A stretch of 64,000 bases of DNA from Macrostomum lignano (lineage: Eukaryota). Every line of letters begins with the position of its first letter. The first letter of the stretch is position 1. The position numbers were made by a program, and so were the translations under genes. Under the pieces are notes generated by a model, which saw nothing but the letters and a program-made list of their open reading frames with translations, did not search any database and was not told the DNA's origin. Shown one piece after another: positions 38,426 through 56,256 of this stretch. Where the stretch lies: contig NIVC01000606.1 of NCBI GenBank assembly GCA_002269645.1, forward strand, positions 310,001 through 374,000, written 5' to 3'.

Positions 38426-39086
38426 CAGGGGTGCTAAATTGAGGCTCAGGGGTTCTGTTGCGATTCGTGACTGCATGGCTTGGGGGTATAACTTGTGTAA
38501 AACTAGCTATATGGACTAAAAAGTACATTTTTGAGTACTAAGAAAGACACGCCATTTAGAGAACTAGCTAGCACTGATATGGGCCTTATCGTACACAGGC
38601 TGGCAGAGAGGGGACCCAGCCCCCAGATACGAACGCACAGCCCAGCGCGATAGCACAGGCCCAATGCTGCTGCTGCTGTTGCTGCTGCTGTAAGCAGTAG
38701 TGCGCCGAATCAGCGCTGATTGGAAATTGAACCGCTGAGTCGCCAAGTGTGCCTGATTAATTCCAGCTGTAACTATGGAGCAGCGGTGTGCGATAGACAG
38801 AGGGTAAAGCTAGGCCAAGGTGCCTTGCCGTCTGGTGCTGGATAATCTCGATTGCTTGCATGGCTCTTGATTAATTAATTATTACGCCTGTTCTCTGCTC
38901 TGTTGTCTGTTTGTCCATCTGACTTGTTGTTTAAATACACAGGCAATGTTGAGGAGCAGCAGAGATGGGCGGCTCAATAGCTAAAGTCAGCTTAATTAGT
39001 TTGCAGGGTCCCGCGCCCATTCATTCCCATTTATCGCAGACCCCTAAGCACGCACCGACAACAGATTAGCGACACGCGGACGTACA

Positions 39087-39161
39087 CACGCTCACTCAGG
39101 GTGTACAGCAGCCCTGACTTTCTAATCGTCAGGCATGTACACTGTCTGTGCCTGGGGGTTG
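39087..39161 (+). repeat. Short dispersed repeat (second copy at 57911-57987)
   Basis: Identical 23-mer TGACTTTCTAATCGTCAGGCATG at 39115-39137 and 57942-57964, with similar flanks. Confidence 0.75.
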
Positions 39162-39239
39162 GTGAGAGGCACATGTATGATGGAGGCGCTATACATAGTT
39201 TCCTGAAGAAACTTAACTGTCGAGGGCGCCCAGCGACAA

Positions 39240-39935
39240 CTGGACAAGCCAGTTGCTGTTGCGGCGAGTGTCGGCCTGGTGGTCAACACGCAGAAGGCCG
39301 TCGTACTCTGCGTGCCGGACGACATCGAGGCTGCGATTTTGTGCCGAGGCGCTGATGGACAGGCGACAGAGCTTCCGCTTTGTCAGCAATTCATCTACCT
39401 CGGCGGTCTGGTTCCCGGTGTCCGCGAGGATTTGCGGCGTCGCCGCGGGCTTGCCTGGGCTGCCTTTCGTTCTGTGAGGGCAGTGCTGCAGTCCGAGGCC
39501 TTACCTGACCGCCAGAGGGCGGCGTTGTTCCAGGCGGTGATCGAAACCGTCCTGCTGTACAACGCCGAGACCTGGACGCTGACGGAGTCGCTCGAGCAAC
39601 AAGTTGACGCGGTGTATGCTGGTCTGCTGCGCGCCGCCTTCAAGATCGGCTACGAGCGAGTGACCAACGCGGCTTTGCATCGCCGCGCCGGCCTGGTCCG
39701 TCCAAGCGACCTGTTTCGCCGTCGGTGACTCCAGCTGGCAGGCCACATCATCCGCGCCGAGTCGTACCGCCCAGAGCCGGTGCAGGAAGTGCTGCTGCTA
39801 ACGCTGCAGGCACCCTGCCGGCGGGGGCAGGCCCGCACTCGGTGTTTCGTCGACTGCCTGCTGGCTGACGCCGGCGCCCCGGATTCGGCCGGCGGCGTGG
39901 CGTTCATTCGCGACCTGTCCCGGCGCGCCCTGTGA
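39240..39935 (+). pseudogene. 5'-truncated RTE-like LINE 3' end (RT C-terminal region)
   Basis: FIYLGGLV, RRRGLAWAAF and LFQAVIETVLLYNAETWTLT are typical RTE/CR1-type C-terminal motifs. In-frame TGA at 39726-39728 before LQLAGHIIR; terminal stop at 39933-39935. Confidence 0.88.
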
Positions 39936-40748
39936 CGCTGAACGCGTATTCTGTTGTGTGTTGTTCCCGAAGAACGGCGGGGTTGGCCCACAGGTACTAT
40001 AATAACTGGATGAGCCACTCAGGCATATATACTCGTAACTTAGTAAAACAGCTTTCTACTTTCAGTTCAGTAGCAAAGAAGAATACGTAAGCTATTTTAT
40101 AAAAATAAAGTCAGCTGAAATGACTTTGATAAGTTTAGAAGCCCAAGCTTGCAGGCGTAAACAACTTGCTAATTGGTTCAGCAATAATGTACATTGGCCA
40201 GTCCACTGAAATGTACATGGCAGCTTTAAGGTGGAATTCCGAGAAAGGCAATAAAAATTGGGGCGGGGCGGGGGGGGGTTGTGTGGAAAGGGGCGGTTGG
40301 AGGGTCTAAGCTGGGTTGTGGGGGTAAGAGGCGATAAATGAGCCTTGGCATTAAAAAATACATTAAAATGCTTCCGTTTAAATTACTACTGAACTAAAAG
40401 TAGCTTACACGCAAATGTGCTGAGTGGCCCATCTAGTTATTTTAGTCTTTGGCTTGGCCCTGTGAATGTTAGTGACCACAATATTCTGTGTTAGTGACCG
40501 TCTTCTGAAGTACGGAAGGCACAGGTTCATCGATAACGAGTACGTCTGATAGCCTGATAGTCAAATAGCCTATAGTGAAATGCACGCTTGTAATGAAGAA
40601 AGTAGTACATTGCGCTTCTATTAGAATTTTATTCAATCGCGAGCTTGACAGATGCGTAACTGCCATCGAGATTCTTTTATTGATGTACAATTTTCATCGA
40701 TCAGTGTGGGTTTCATATGTATGTATGCCAACGCAAAAAAAAGACAAA

Positions 40749-40985
40749 CTGAGCAGTGACCCACTCTGAGCAGTAACCCACTCTGAGCAGTGACCCGCAC
40801 TGAGCAGTGACCCACTCTGAGCAGTGACCCACTCTGAGCAGTGACCCACTCTGAGCAGTGACCCGCACTGGGCAGTGACCCACTCTGAGCAGTGACCCAC
40901 TCTGAGCAGTGACCCGCACTGAGCAGTGACCCACTCTGAGCAGTGACCCGCACTGAGCAGTGACCCACTTTGAGCAGTGACCAGT
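40749..40985. repeat. 17-bp minisatellite CTGAGCAGTGACCCACT, about 13 copies
   Basis: Directly visible, about 450 bp upstream of p62. Confidence 0.95.
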
Positions 40986-41425
40986 GACTATGCAAAAACC
41001 GTTTTTGTTAAATAATTCATTGTTTAATATCTATATGTGACACTTCTGTACTCGTACACATTAATTATAATAAGACATTAGAAGACTAACTGAAGATTAA
41101 GGCACGCTATTTATTGCGAGGAAAATATGGCTTTAGAATTCTGCGCAACAAGGCTGGAATGCGTAGGACCTACGCTAGCACTGCATACCGAACACTGTGC
41201 ACGCAATGTCTAAAAATAGCATCAGGGAATCCCAATAGGAAAGCCCGGGCAAAACGTTGCGCCGACGCTGCAATTCGTGTCGATGCGCATCGAAATCGTG
41301 GCGGCCCGGCCAGCAGCATAAAAAGCCGCAGCAAAAGCCGCAGAGAAGTCAGCTCACTTCAGCCTCAGCTGAGACTTTGAGAAGGCATCCAAGAGTCCCC
41401 AGCTTCAGACCAGACAAGCTAAATC

Positions 41426-42307
41426 ATGGCCTCATCGGTCGTACCGTTCAAGTGTTACTATGGCAACGAGATCCGGCGCCTCAGCCTGGCGGGCCAGGCC
41501 ACCTACGCCAGCCTGGTGGAGCAGCTGCAGGCCGTCTTCTCCATCGCGCCAACGCAGCAGCTGCGGCTTCGCTGGCAGGATGAGGAGGGTGACAGGGTCA
41601 CCATGACAACCAATGCCGAGCTGCAGGAGGCCGTCCGCAGCCTCGCCGCCAGACGGGACGGCGGCTCCGGCGACGCTGTCAAAGTCTTCGTCAGCGTCGG
41701 CGACCCGACGGTCGTCCACGAGGGCGTCGTGTGCGATGGCTGCGAGTCTGGCGTGACGGGCCAGCGGTTCAAGTGCCTCCTGTGCCCCGACTTTGACCTC
41801 TGCTCGGCCTGCATGACAGGCGGCAGCCACAGCCAGCATCCCATGCTCCTCATCAGGCGGCCTGACGACCTCCCGGCAGCTCGCTGCTTCCGCCGCGGCC
41901 CCTGCGGCCGGGGACGATGGGGCGGCCCGCGGTTCCGCGACTTCTTCGCCAAGGCTGCCGAGGCCGCTGCAGCCGCCGCCGCGGACTTCGAAGGAGCCGC
42001 CGCCGCGGACTTCGAAGGAGCCGACACCGCTGCCACCTCCCAGCAGGCCGCTCCGCCACCGCCGCCTCCGCCCGCCGCCACCTCCGCCGAGGCGATGGCG
42101 ACCGACGAGCGGCCGGAGGAGGCCGCGGCCGTTGCCGCCGGTCGCCATGACAACAGCGGGGAGACGCCGGACCCGCGAGTGGCTCGAGCGCTGGAGCACA
42201 TGCAGGCCATGGGCTTCAGCGATGACGGAGGCTGGCTGACACGGCTGCTGCTGGCCAAGGAGGGCGACATCTGCGCTGTGCTGGACGCCATCCGGCCCGT
42301 CAAGTGA
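41426..42307 (+). CDS. SQSTM1: Sequestosome-1/p62 (ref(2)P-like), intronless, 293 aa: PB1-ZZ-UBA
   Basis: PB1 (FKCYYGNEIRRLSL..WQDEEGDRVTMTTNAELQEA), ZZ finger (HEGVVCDGC..FKCLLCPDFDLCSAC..H..H) and p62-type UBA (ALEHMQAMGFSDDGGWLTRLL..KEGDI.AVLDAI). AAATCATGG start context. Confidence 0.93.
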   Translation: MASSVVPFKCYYGNEIRRLSLAGQATYASLVEQLQAVFSIAPTQQLRLRWQDEEGDRVTMTTNAELQEAVRSLAARRDGGSGDAVKVFVSVGDPTVVHEGVVCDGCESGVTGQRFKCLLCPDFDLCSACMTGGSHSQHPMLLIRRPDDLPAARCFRRGPCGRGRWGGPRFRDFFAKAAEAAAAAAADFEGAAAADFEGADTAATSQQAAPPPPPPPAATSAEAMATDERPEEAAAVAAGRHDNSGETPDPRVARALEHMQAMGFSDDGGWLTRLLLAKEGDICAVLDAIRPVK

Positions 42308-42851
42308 CGACCCAGCATCTGAGTGCAGGCTTTCGTGGTGAACTGCAACTTCGCACGGCTTTGATGCGAACTCCTCATGCTAATCTGCTCGAAATTTGAC
42401 CTTCTCGCCAGCTGTCATATCCAGCAATATTGTACTGTACGTGTACTTAAGTATATAGCTATCAAGTTAGCTTCTGCAATGCCTTCTGTTCTGCGTTAGC
42501 ACATGTGCGAGCGTACAATGCAAATTTGCAGACCGCGATTTTTTAATGTTTTGACATAGTGGTTTTATCCAGTTACTCGTAAGATGAATGCTATTATTAT
42601 TTTAAGATCAATTTGAATAAGTACAGGATATGCCGTGTGCCTGTACATGTACCTATAGTACCTAGAAACAAAAAACTTTGGATCAAGGAAATATACGAGA
42701 CAGTAATTCAAATTGGTTTACATTCGAAAATCTTTTACCCTTTTGATTTTTCTTTTAAAATGTAACATTTGTATATGTATTAATGAACTTTCGCTTTTAT
42801 ATAAAAATCTGAGAACTTTTTGAGAAACTGTGAGAAAAACACAATGCAGGA

Positions 42852-43252
42852 CAGTGGCGTAGCCAGGAATTTCAATTGGGGGCGGTTGGCCTGGCTGGCC
42901 ATGCCGTATGCCATTGCCACTTTTGGCGCCGCAGGCACTCATTTTGGCGCCGCAGGCACTCATTTTGGCGCCGCAGGCACTCATTTTGGCGCCTCAGGCA
43001 CTCATTTTGGCGCCGCAGGCACTCATTTTGGCGCCGCAGGCACTCATTTTGGCGCCGCAGGCACTCATTTTGGCGCCGCAGGCACTCATTTTGGCGCCGC
43101 AGGCACTCATTTTGGCGCCACAGGCACTCATTTTAGCGCTGCAGGCACTCAATTGCCTCATGGTTTTTGGTACGCTCGTACCCGCCGCGCCCAACCCCAC
43201 TCCCCAGGCGATTGGGGGGGCGGCCCCCCCCGCCCCCCTGGCTACGCCACTG
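42852..43252. mobile_element. 401-bp hAT-type MITE with 16-bp TIR, 8-bp TSD and an internal 21-bp repeat x11
   Basis: TIRs CAGTGGCGTAGCCAGG / CCTGGCTACGCCACTG. TSD ATGCAGGA at 42844-42851 and 43253-43260. Internal unit CATTTTGGCGCCGCAGGCACT. Confidence 0.92.
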
Positions 43253-43469
43253 ATGCAGGACGTATTACTGTTGGCTTATTTACATGTACCTTTTGTGCGC
43301 GCACGCTCACCAAATATTGTCACTGCCAGCAATACGTTCATATGTTATACCATCGTATATCGCGTTGGCTTATAATTGTTGTACATCATGCTTCGCCTCG
43401 CGTTAAAACTTAAACTGAGTCGATTCTGGGATTTTAAGAAACTAGAAAAAAAAGAAAAAAATTATACTA

Positions 43470-45463
43470 GATGGGTTCGGCCTTTTTAAGCCTATAGCTT
43501 CGGGCCTCAGAATTCAGAAATGAATCACTAGAACTCTGGCCTCTCACTCCTGTCAGATGGTCAGCCCCATGGTAGCTAGATTGTGGGCGAGCAGCAAGGT
43601 CCTATAGCTAGGAGGAGACAGCGAGAGACAAGCAGGGAGAATTTTGAAGGTAGAGATTAGCTAATCCGCAGATTAACTAACCCGCTGCCACCAGTCCGTG
43701 CGCCCCGGCTCACCAAACCGGAGCCCTGTAGAAATCGGACTTCCGACTAGAGAGGCACCGCACTTACCTGCCATCTAGTGTCTTTTAGCTGTCTATCTCG
43801 AAGTCATAGCCGAAAAGAAGGGACGCTGCTGGGACGGCTACCGGACATTTGCCCTCCGGCACTTGCCCTCCGGCACTTCCCCTCGGCGGCGTTTGCCCTC
43901 CGGACATTTGCCCTCCGGGACATTTCCCCTCCGGACATTTGCCCTCCGGACATTTCCCCTCGGGGACATTTGCCCTCGGGGACATTTGCCCTCCGGACAT
44001 TTGCCCTCCGGACATTTGCCCTCCGGACATTTCCCCTCCGCACATTTGCCCTCTGCAAATTTACCCCCTCGCACATTACTCACCTCACCTCCTCCTGTAC
44101 CCACCCGTCGTTCCTCCAGCACCAACCTCATCCTCCCGCCTCTTGCATCCATCAGGTTCTTCTCCAGCCAACAACTCATCCTTTTCTAGTAAGCAATATA
44201 TACCCGCGCCCTACCCTATCCCCAGCCTTACCTGTACTTTTCCAGAGGGGAAATGTCCGGAGGGCAAATGTCCGGAGGGGAAATGTCCCCGAGGGCAAAT
44301 GTCCCCGAAGTGCCGGAGAAGTGCCGGAGGGCAAATGTCCGGAAGCGGCTGGGACTAAGATCGCATTGGCCATGCAGGGACAGAGAGGACTTTTGCAGGG
44401 GTTTCTTGCGCTGGCGAGCCTTCATACACTACTAAAAGTACTATATCATTACCGAATTCCCAGAAGTACATGTATAATACACGTAACTGCACGCTTTTGG
44501 CGCTAAATGTGTTAACACGTCGACAGATAGCGATGATGTAGATGTATTGTCACTTTCGGAGATCTTTAGACTAATATTTAACTCACTTTAGCCGCTTAAC
44601 TGCCTGTGACCGCGCCAAAGCGCCAGTCTGGCTCTTAATTTGCATGCTTAACATCATGATTTCTTAGATCGACTGATTGACTGGGAACTGTGCCGCTTCC
44701 GGTCCACCGTGACCTCTGCCTCTAGATTTAGCCGCTCATCTCAGCTGGCATTGCGAAAAAGAAAGAAAACGCTAAGTCTTTAACTTCCAGATTTAACTTT
44801 CTCACTTAATCCGCAATCCTAAACACTTTAGATTGAGTTAGAGCAAATGGCTACTTTTAATATTAACCGACACTTCTGCCTCGAGATTGGCACACAAAAG
44901 CAAGTAAGCAAAACTGCAAATCCTATCAGACTACCAAGGAAGGGGTCAGACAAAGGGCGCACCCAGTTAAGCAGGTCAAGAGAGCCTCTCACCAAACCAA
45001 TCAGAGGACCTATCTGCCGGTGGCCAAGGAATCCACAGAGACCGAAACACTCAGATGGTATGCTGCTGCTGATCTTAACTGACGCGTGACGCTGTTGCTC
45101 TTCACTTGCCGGTTATCGTTGCTGCTCTTAGATCACTGCCGGAAGCTGTTGATGATGCTTCTCAGGGGGAACTTAGCTGTTGAAGCCGAAACTGCCGGGG
45201 GAAGGAGGATCAGGTCGGCAGGACCGCAGGGGGGAAAAGCCTGAAGGCAGTATCAGGCCAAGTCGAGCGCCCCAGAAGGCCTTGGCAGGGACAAAAACCG
45301 GGCGTCAAAGGCCAGTGAGTAACAGACCAGTTCGCAAAAGTCCCGTGAGTAAACGACAAGTGTCTCGAGCGTGGTTCGAGTTGCCGCCTTTTATAGCTCC
45401 CACGCGGCCGATTTGTTATAACGCACGCCGAAATTTCCGATTGGCTGGGAGCTTTTATTAAAA
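43470..45463 (-). repeat. Dispersed promoter-bearing repeat, copy 2 (inverted relative to 3838-5257), interrupted by a MITE
   Basis: Reverse-complement match from GATGGGTTCGGCC (43470) to GCTTTTATTAAAA (45463), with a 512-bp insertion plus TSD and a short extra segment near 45303-45364. Confidence 0.85.
43836..44347. mobile_element. 512-bp MITE with imperfect 27-28-bp TIRs, GGACATTTGCCCTCC subterminal repeats and an 8-bp TSD
   Basis: TSD GCTGGGAC at 43828-43835 and 44348-44355. The empty site (single GTCCCAGC) is present in copy 1 at 4891-4898. Confidence 0.9.
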
Positions 45464-45753
45464 TAGGCGCCGAATTTTCTGATTGGTCGAGCCGGGGGCA
45501 GTCAGGTCGACTCTGATTGGCTGAGCTCAAGACCCCAAAACCCACCCCACGAGGTGGCCTTCAGACCCCAGGGAAGATGACAGGTGCGGTAAAAAATCAT
45601 GCGCAAAACATAATAAAAGCCACTTGTCTAGACACCCTGGCGCCAAAAGTGACAGCAAAACACCCATAAATTAAAGGAGAAAGTAACAGAGCGAGTGGGG
45701 AGAAAGCTGGAAAGACCTCTTTGACCCAGACAGGCTGGAGCCAAAAGTGACAG

Positions 45754-47670
45754 CAGGGACAACTAAAACCCTCGGGACGCGAAACGAGCCAATTCATGGC
45801 AAAAAATCTGAGGGGCTCGCTTAAAAGTATTGTTCTATGGCTTTTTCATGTCTTCTCTGCTATCAAGCAAATTAAAATTGCTTTAGCTGCGGCCAGCAGT
45901 GAAGCTAAGCTGAACTATATCAAGAGAAGCATTTTTTATTCACTTGATGAAATGCCAAGAAAATGCAGCGTATTTCTGTGCTCGTCAAATTTCAACTCCG
46001 AAGCCGTTCGAACACGGACATTTGCGTTTCCCAGAGATCCACAGGAGCGAGAGCGATGGAGAAAGGCGCTGCCAAATATTCTCCAGGTAAGAAACCAGAT
46101 CATTTGCTGTCATTACTGCTGCATAATTCCGCTTCAATTCTGCATGCCAGTCTCGTCCAAACAACTTGAAACCCAAAATTTATTATTTTAGAGAGTGACT
46201 GACAATATGGGCGTGTGCGTAAAGCATTGGCCAAGCGATGCTCCAATGGTCAAGAAAAACTCTACCGAAAGGCCAATTAATCCTCCTTCTGTTTTCAATG
46301 GAGTTCCTAGCTCGTGTTTTGTTCAGAACCAAGGTACGTAACTTAAAGATTGCTCAACACTTAGCGTCTATATCGATTTTGCCGCTCACAATTATCTTAC
46401 TTTTATTTTTACTCTTATTTTAGACCAGGACCGACAGGCCGAAAAGCGCGGTGTTCTTTCTGACGCGAGGTGCGGCGACATCGATGAGATGGACGCTTTT
46501 CAGCTGCTTGATTTTTTTGCCGGCATGGGAAAGTTTTCGAGCTGAGGTGAAAAATTCGGATGTCGTATCTCGACATGCACTGAACACAGCTATTCTGATC
46601 GAAGACGTTTACTTGTTTACGTTAGATAAAGATGGAGACCTGTCTGTTCGAATTTTTGTCTCACCCGCATTCAAACTGCATACACCGATTTCGGTTCGAG
46701 ACTTGTTGGGATTAGGAGCTTTCCATTTCGGGGATGGCTTCGCTCTACTATATCGCAGGTAAGCTGGATATTAATTAAAATTTAATTCACAACGAGGTTT
46801 TACACAATCTCATAAAAACAATTCAAACCGTGCTTTATTGGAAATTGACAGGTTATACAGCGACTAAAGAAGGCATCAAAGGAACAGATTTGATATCAGA
46901 GACGAGCATTCCAGCCAGCGAATTCACTGAAGAGTTATCTCGCGGAAAGCTTTGTCATCCTCCACAATGGCTGTTAGATTTATCCTGTCTCTGCTACAAC
47001 AGTTTTATTCTGCACTCTCCTACGTGCGCAACTCGCGTGCAGAAGCTGCTTTATGTTATTAAGGACTTTTACTTTCCAACTAAGACACAGTGCAGCATGG
47101 ACAGTGTGTCCCGTCGGCTAGCCAACGTTTTTTTCAAAGGACTAGTAAGACGCTCGTCAAAACTCCCACCAATACCGACGACATCCCATGATAGAAAGCT
47201 TCGGAAGTTAGATGCTCAGTAGGTGAAGTTCCAGCGTTTCCTTTATGTACGAGCTACTGACTGTTTGTGTCGTCTTGTCCTTGGAGTTCCGTATTTGCTT
47301 CTATCTTCTTGCCGTTGGAGTTTCATCTTCGCTTTCATCCTTTATCTTCTTGCCGTTGGAGTTTCATCTTCGCTTTCATCATCTTCTTGCTGTTGGAGTA
47401 TCTTTGCTTTCATCTTTTATCTTCTTGCCGTTGGAGTTTTTTTGTTGATATGGCGGTTACTTATTGTAAATACATTGTAATTATATCACTGGTTCCTATT
47501 CTTTAAATTAAATACTCGACATTGCCTCGCTTTACTATTTAATCTAACCGTTAATGCCTGATAGCAGAGAAGACTTGAAAAAGCCATAGAACAATACTTT
47601 TAAGCGAGCCCCTCAGATTTTTTGCCATGAATTGGCTCGTTTCGCGTCCCGAGGGTTTTAGTTGTCCCTG
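45754..47670 (+). mobile_element. Internally deleted P-superfamily (THAP) DNA transposon, 1917 bp
   Basis: 112-bp TIRs with one mismatch (45754-45865 / 47559-47670), beginning CAGGG. 8-bp TSD AGTGACAG (45746-45753, 47671-47678). THAP exons at the 5' end and a transposase-like C-terminus (SEFTEELSRGKLCHPP...RKLRKL*) at 46852-47222. No catalytic core is visible. Confidence 0.85.
45952..46545 (+). CDS. Predicted spliced THAP zinc-finger-only protein of the P-like element (exons 45952-46086, 46192-46333, 46424-46545; about 132 aa)
   Basis: MPRKCSVFLCSSN..FAFPRDPQERERWRKAL..|..GVCVKHWP..P fits the THAP C2CH signature. GT-AG introns are in phase. The stop follows a probable frameshift in the T7 run at 46512-46518. 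Confidence 0.6.
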
Positions 47671-49124
47671 AGTGACAGCTAGACCGCCATAAATCACTGA
47701 AAACAGTGAAAAAGCCCCAAATCTGGGGGTCAGAATGGGGTTGAAACCATTCCTCCCAGACTTAGTGTCGCCCGTCTAGACTGCTAGAGGTCAATCCGTC
47801 TCAGACCCAGACAGTCTGACCTTCGAAGATGCGTAAACAATCCAAAATTAGAATCCTAAGAGAAGTACATTGAGTATTAATCATAACTATAATAGTGGTG
47901 GCATAAATTAGTGTAGAACTTAGCCTGTATGAGAGAATGGAGAGAGATTCCTAAGCTAGCCTACTGACAGTAGGGGAAAAGCGCATCGAAGCAAAACGTG
48001 CAGTTCTAAGATTGAAAAAAGGTGCGTCCTCATCATACTGTTAATATGTCTTTTTGCTAATAAAAACGGTTCTTAATTGAAACTAATAAATTTGATGCAT
48101 ACAAATAATTAAATTTTGTTAAATTACGAAAGCTTATTTTACCGATCATTAAGTTGCGGGCCACCTCTAATAATGTACATATTTATTACGCTGGGAGAAC
48201 TACGCAAACATATGTATAAGAAATTAGGGCCAATCAACAAATGCCTAGACGTTTTTGTTGAAAAAACTTGCAACAAACAAAACATTGTTTTTTTGTCGCC
48301 GGATCGTCTTCTTGTCGCCTTTTTGACTAGAAAGCCCAAAAGTAGAAAGTACCAAATATTAACTAGAACTGTTTCCAACTCAGTAATCAGAAACATCAAA
48401 TTTACTTATTCTTACGGATGTTTTTTTAGGTTAATTGTTTGTTTAAATGTGTCACTACTGACTCGATTATTTTAAAAGCTTTGTAGCAGAAAACTTTATT
48501 TAAAGATCGAGTAAGCTGCATTTATAGTAAATTAAAATTACAAATGGACAAATCCGCATTTAGTCTTTTTTTAATGCAGGTCTAATTTCTACAAGAAATG
48601 CGAACTAAAGACAATTTTGCTCCCTATATAAATTTACCAAAGCGGGGCTGCACAAACAACAAATGTCTGTTCGGTATACATTTTTTGCTTTTTTAATTTA
48701 TTCTTTTTAGTTCTGTTGCTCAGTTTAAATTAAATAATAACGGTAGCAGTTTTAACCATCTGCTGTATAAATCCTTGCCAGATGCATTTTTATTTAATAT
48801 ATCAGTAGTATGTCAGGCAAATGAATTATTCTTTTTTTATTCTTCTTAATTTTCCCACATGTCCATAGAAATTATTGTAGCTCATTGTATTTAGCTTTGA
48901 CAATATGTTTTAATTAACTAAAATTTTCACTAAAAACTCTTTAAAAAACTTTAAAAAAAACAAGAACTATCAGTTAATCCACTTTCTTGCTTAGTTACTG
49001 CATCATGAATTTATTGGAAAACTCTGCTAAATACAGAATTAACCCAAGAAGAGGTTCAGATCAACAAGCATCAGTGTAAAAGATACAATACTTTACAGCT
49101 CCACCGCACTGCTATTCGTCTCGC

Positions 49125-55119
<5,995 letters not shown>

Positions 55120-55124
55120 AGGTG

Positions 55125-55600
55125 TGACAGTGTGGCCATAGACTAATGATGTGTGAGACAGTTTGGCCATAGACTAATGATGTGTGTGACAGTGTTGCCA
55201 TAGACTAATGGTGTGTGTGACAGTGTTGCTATAGACTAATGATGTGTGTGTGTGACAGTGTGGCCATAGACTAATGATGTGTGTGTGTGTGACAGTGTGG
55301 CCATAGACTAATGATGTGTGTGTGACAGTGTGGCCATAGACTAATGATGTGTGACAGTGTGGCCATAGACTAATGATGTGCGACAGTGTGGCCATAGACT
55401 ATTGATGTGTGTGTGTGACAGTGTGGCCATAGACTAATGATGTGTGTGTGTGTGACAGTGTGGCCATAGACTAATGATGTGTGTGTGTGTGTGTGTGTGA
55501 CAGTGTGGCCATAGACTAATGATGTGTGTGTGACAGTGTGGCCATAGACTAATGATGTGTGTGTGACAGTGTGGCCATAGACTAATGTTGTGTGCGACAG
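55125..55600. repeat. Compound minisatellite: GACAGTGTGGCCATAGACTAATGAT core plus a variable (GT)n in each unit, immediately after the kinase stop
   Basis: Directly visible. Confidence 0.93.
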
Positions 55601-56256
55601 TATTGAAACATTCCCCATTTGTCATATAATGTGTGGTACAATCGGGACTTTAATCGCGGTCAATATTCAATATTCTACATTGCCTTTAGTCTCATAGTGC
55701 CGGACTCATTATTTTACTAGGCCATTTTGGCACTTTTTGCTCAATGTATCATTTGCGAAACTTCTGATTCTGATTTTATCCCAGATTTAATCCCCAATAC
55801 TAAAACAGACTTTCTTCGTATCCTTGCAATCAAGCAGAAATTTTGCTATATTTTACCATTTTTTATTCCGTGCAATCTTCCTGATTCAATGGAACCTGAT
55901 TTTAGCTTTTAATTCCTTAGTATTCATTTTATGATTGTATTTTAAATATACGCGAAGCACTCTATAACAAAATAGAATTAAAACTGCAATTATTGTGTAA
56001 CATTTTTTTCTAACAGTGGAAATCAGCCTGTTGCCGCTGTATTGTATTTAAATAACAAACTGTCTAAAGTACAAAACAGGTAAAAAATAAAAGTACACAA
56101 GATACTTTGAAGACGCGCAATGAAACAGGATTATACATTTAGAACCGGTCAGTAAGTACGAAGTTACTACTAGGGTGAGCTATAAAGTCAAGGATGCCTA
56201 AATTTCTAAACCAGATACTAAAATTCAGATATCCTTAGCTCAAAAGCCGCCCGAGT

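Noticed and set aside
9728-42307. MAP1S-like, Mondo and p62 as a functional autophagy/nutrient gene cluster
   Set aside because: Three loosely related genes over 33 kb in mixed orientation, separated by TEs. No shared regulatory evidence without synteny data.
45365-45390. GGTTCGAG B-box as a tRNA gene or tRNA-SINE
   Set aside because: No A-box or cloverleaf, and the motif is absent from copy 1 of the repeat.
55125-55600. Constant repeat with variable spacers as a CRISPR-like array
   Set aside because: The spacers are only (GT)n length variants, the context is eukaryotic and no cas genes are present.
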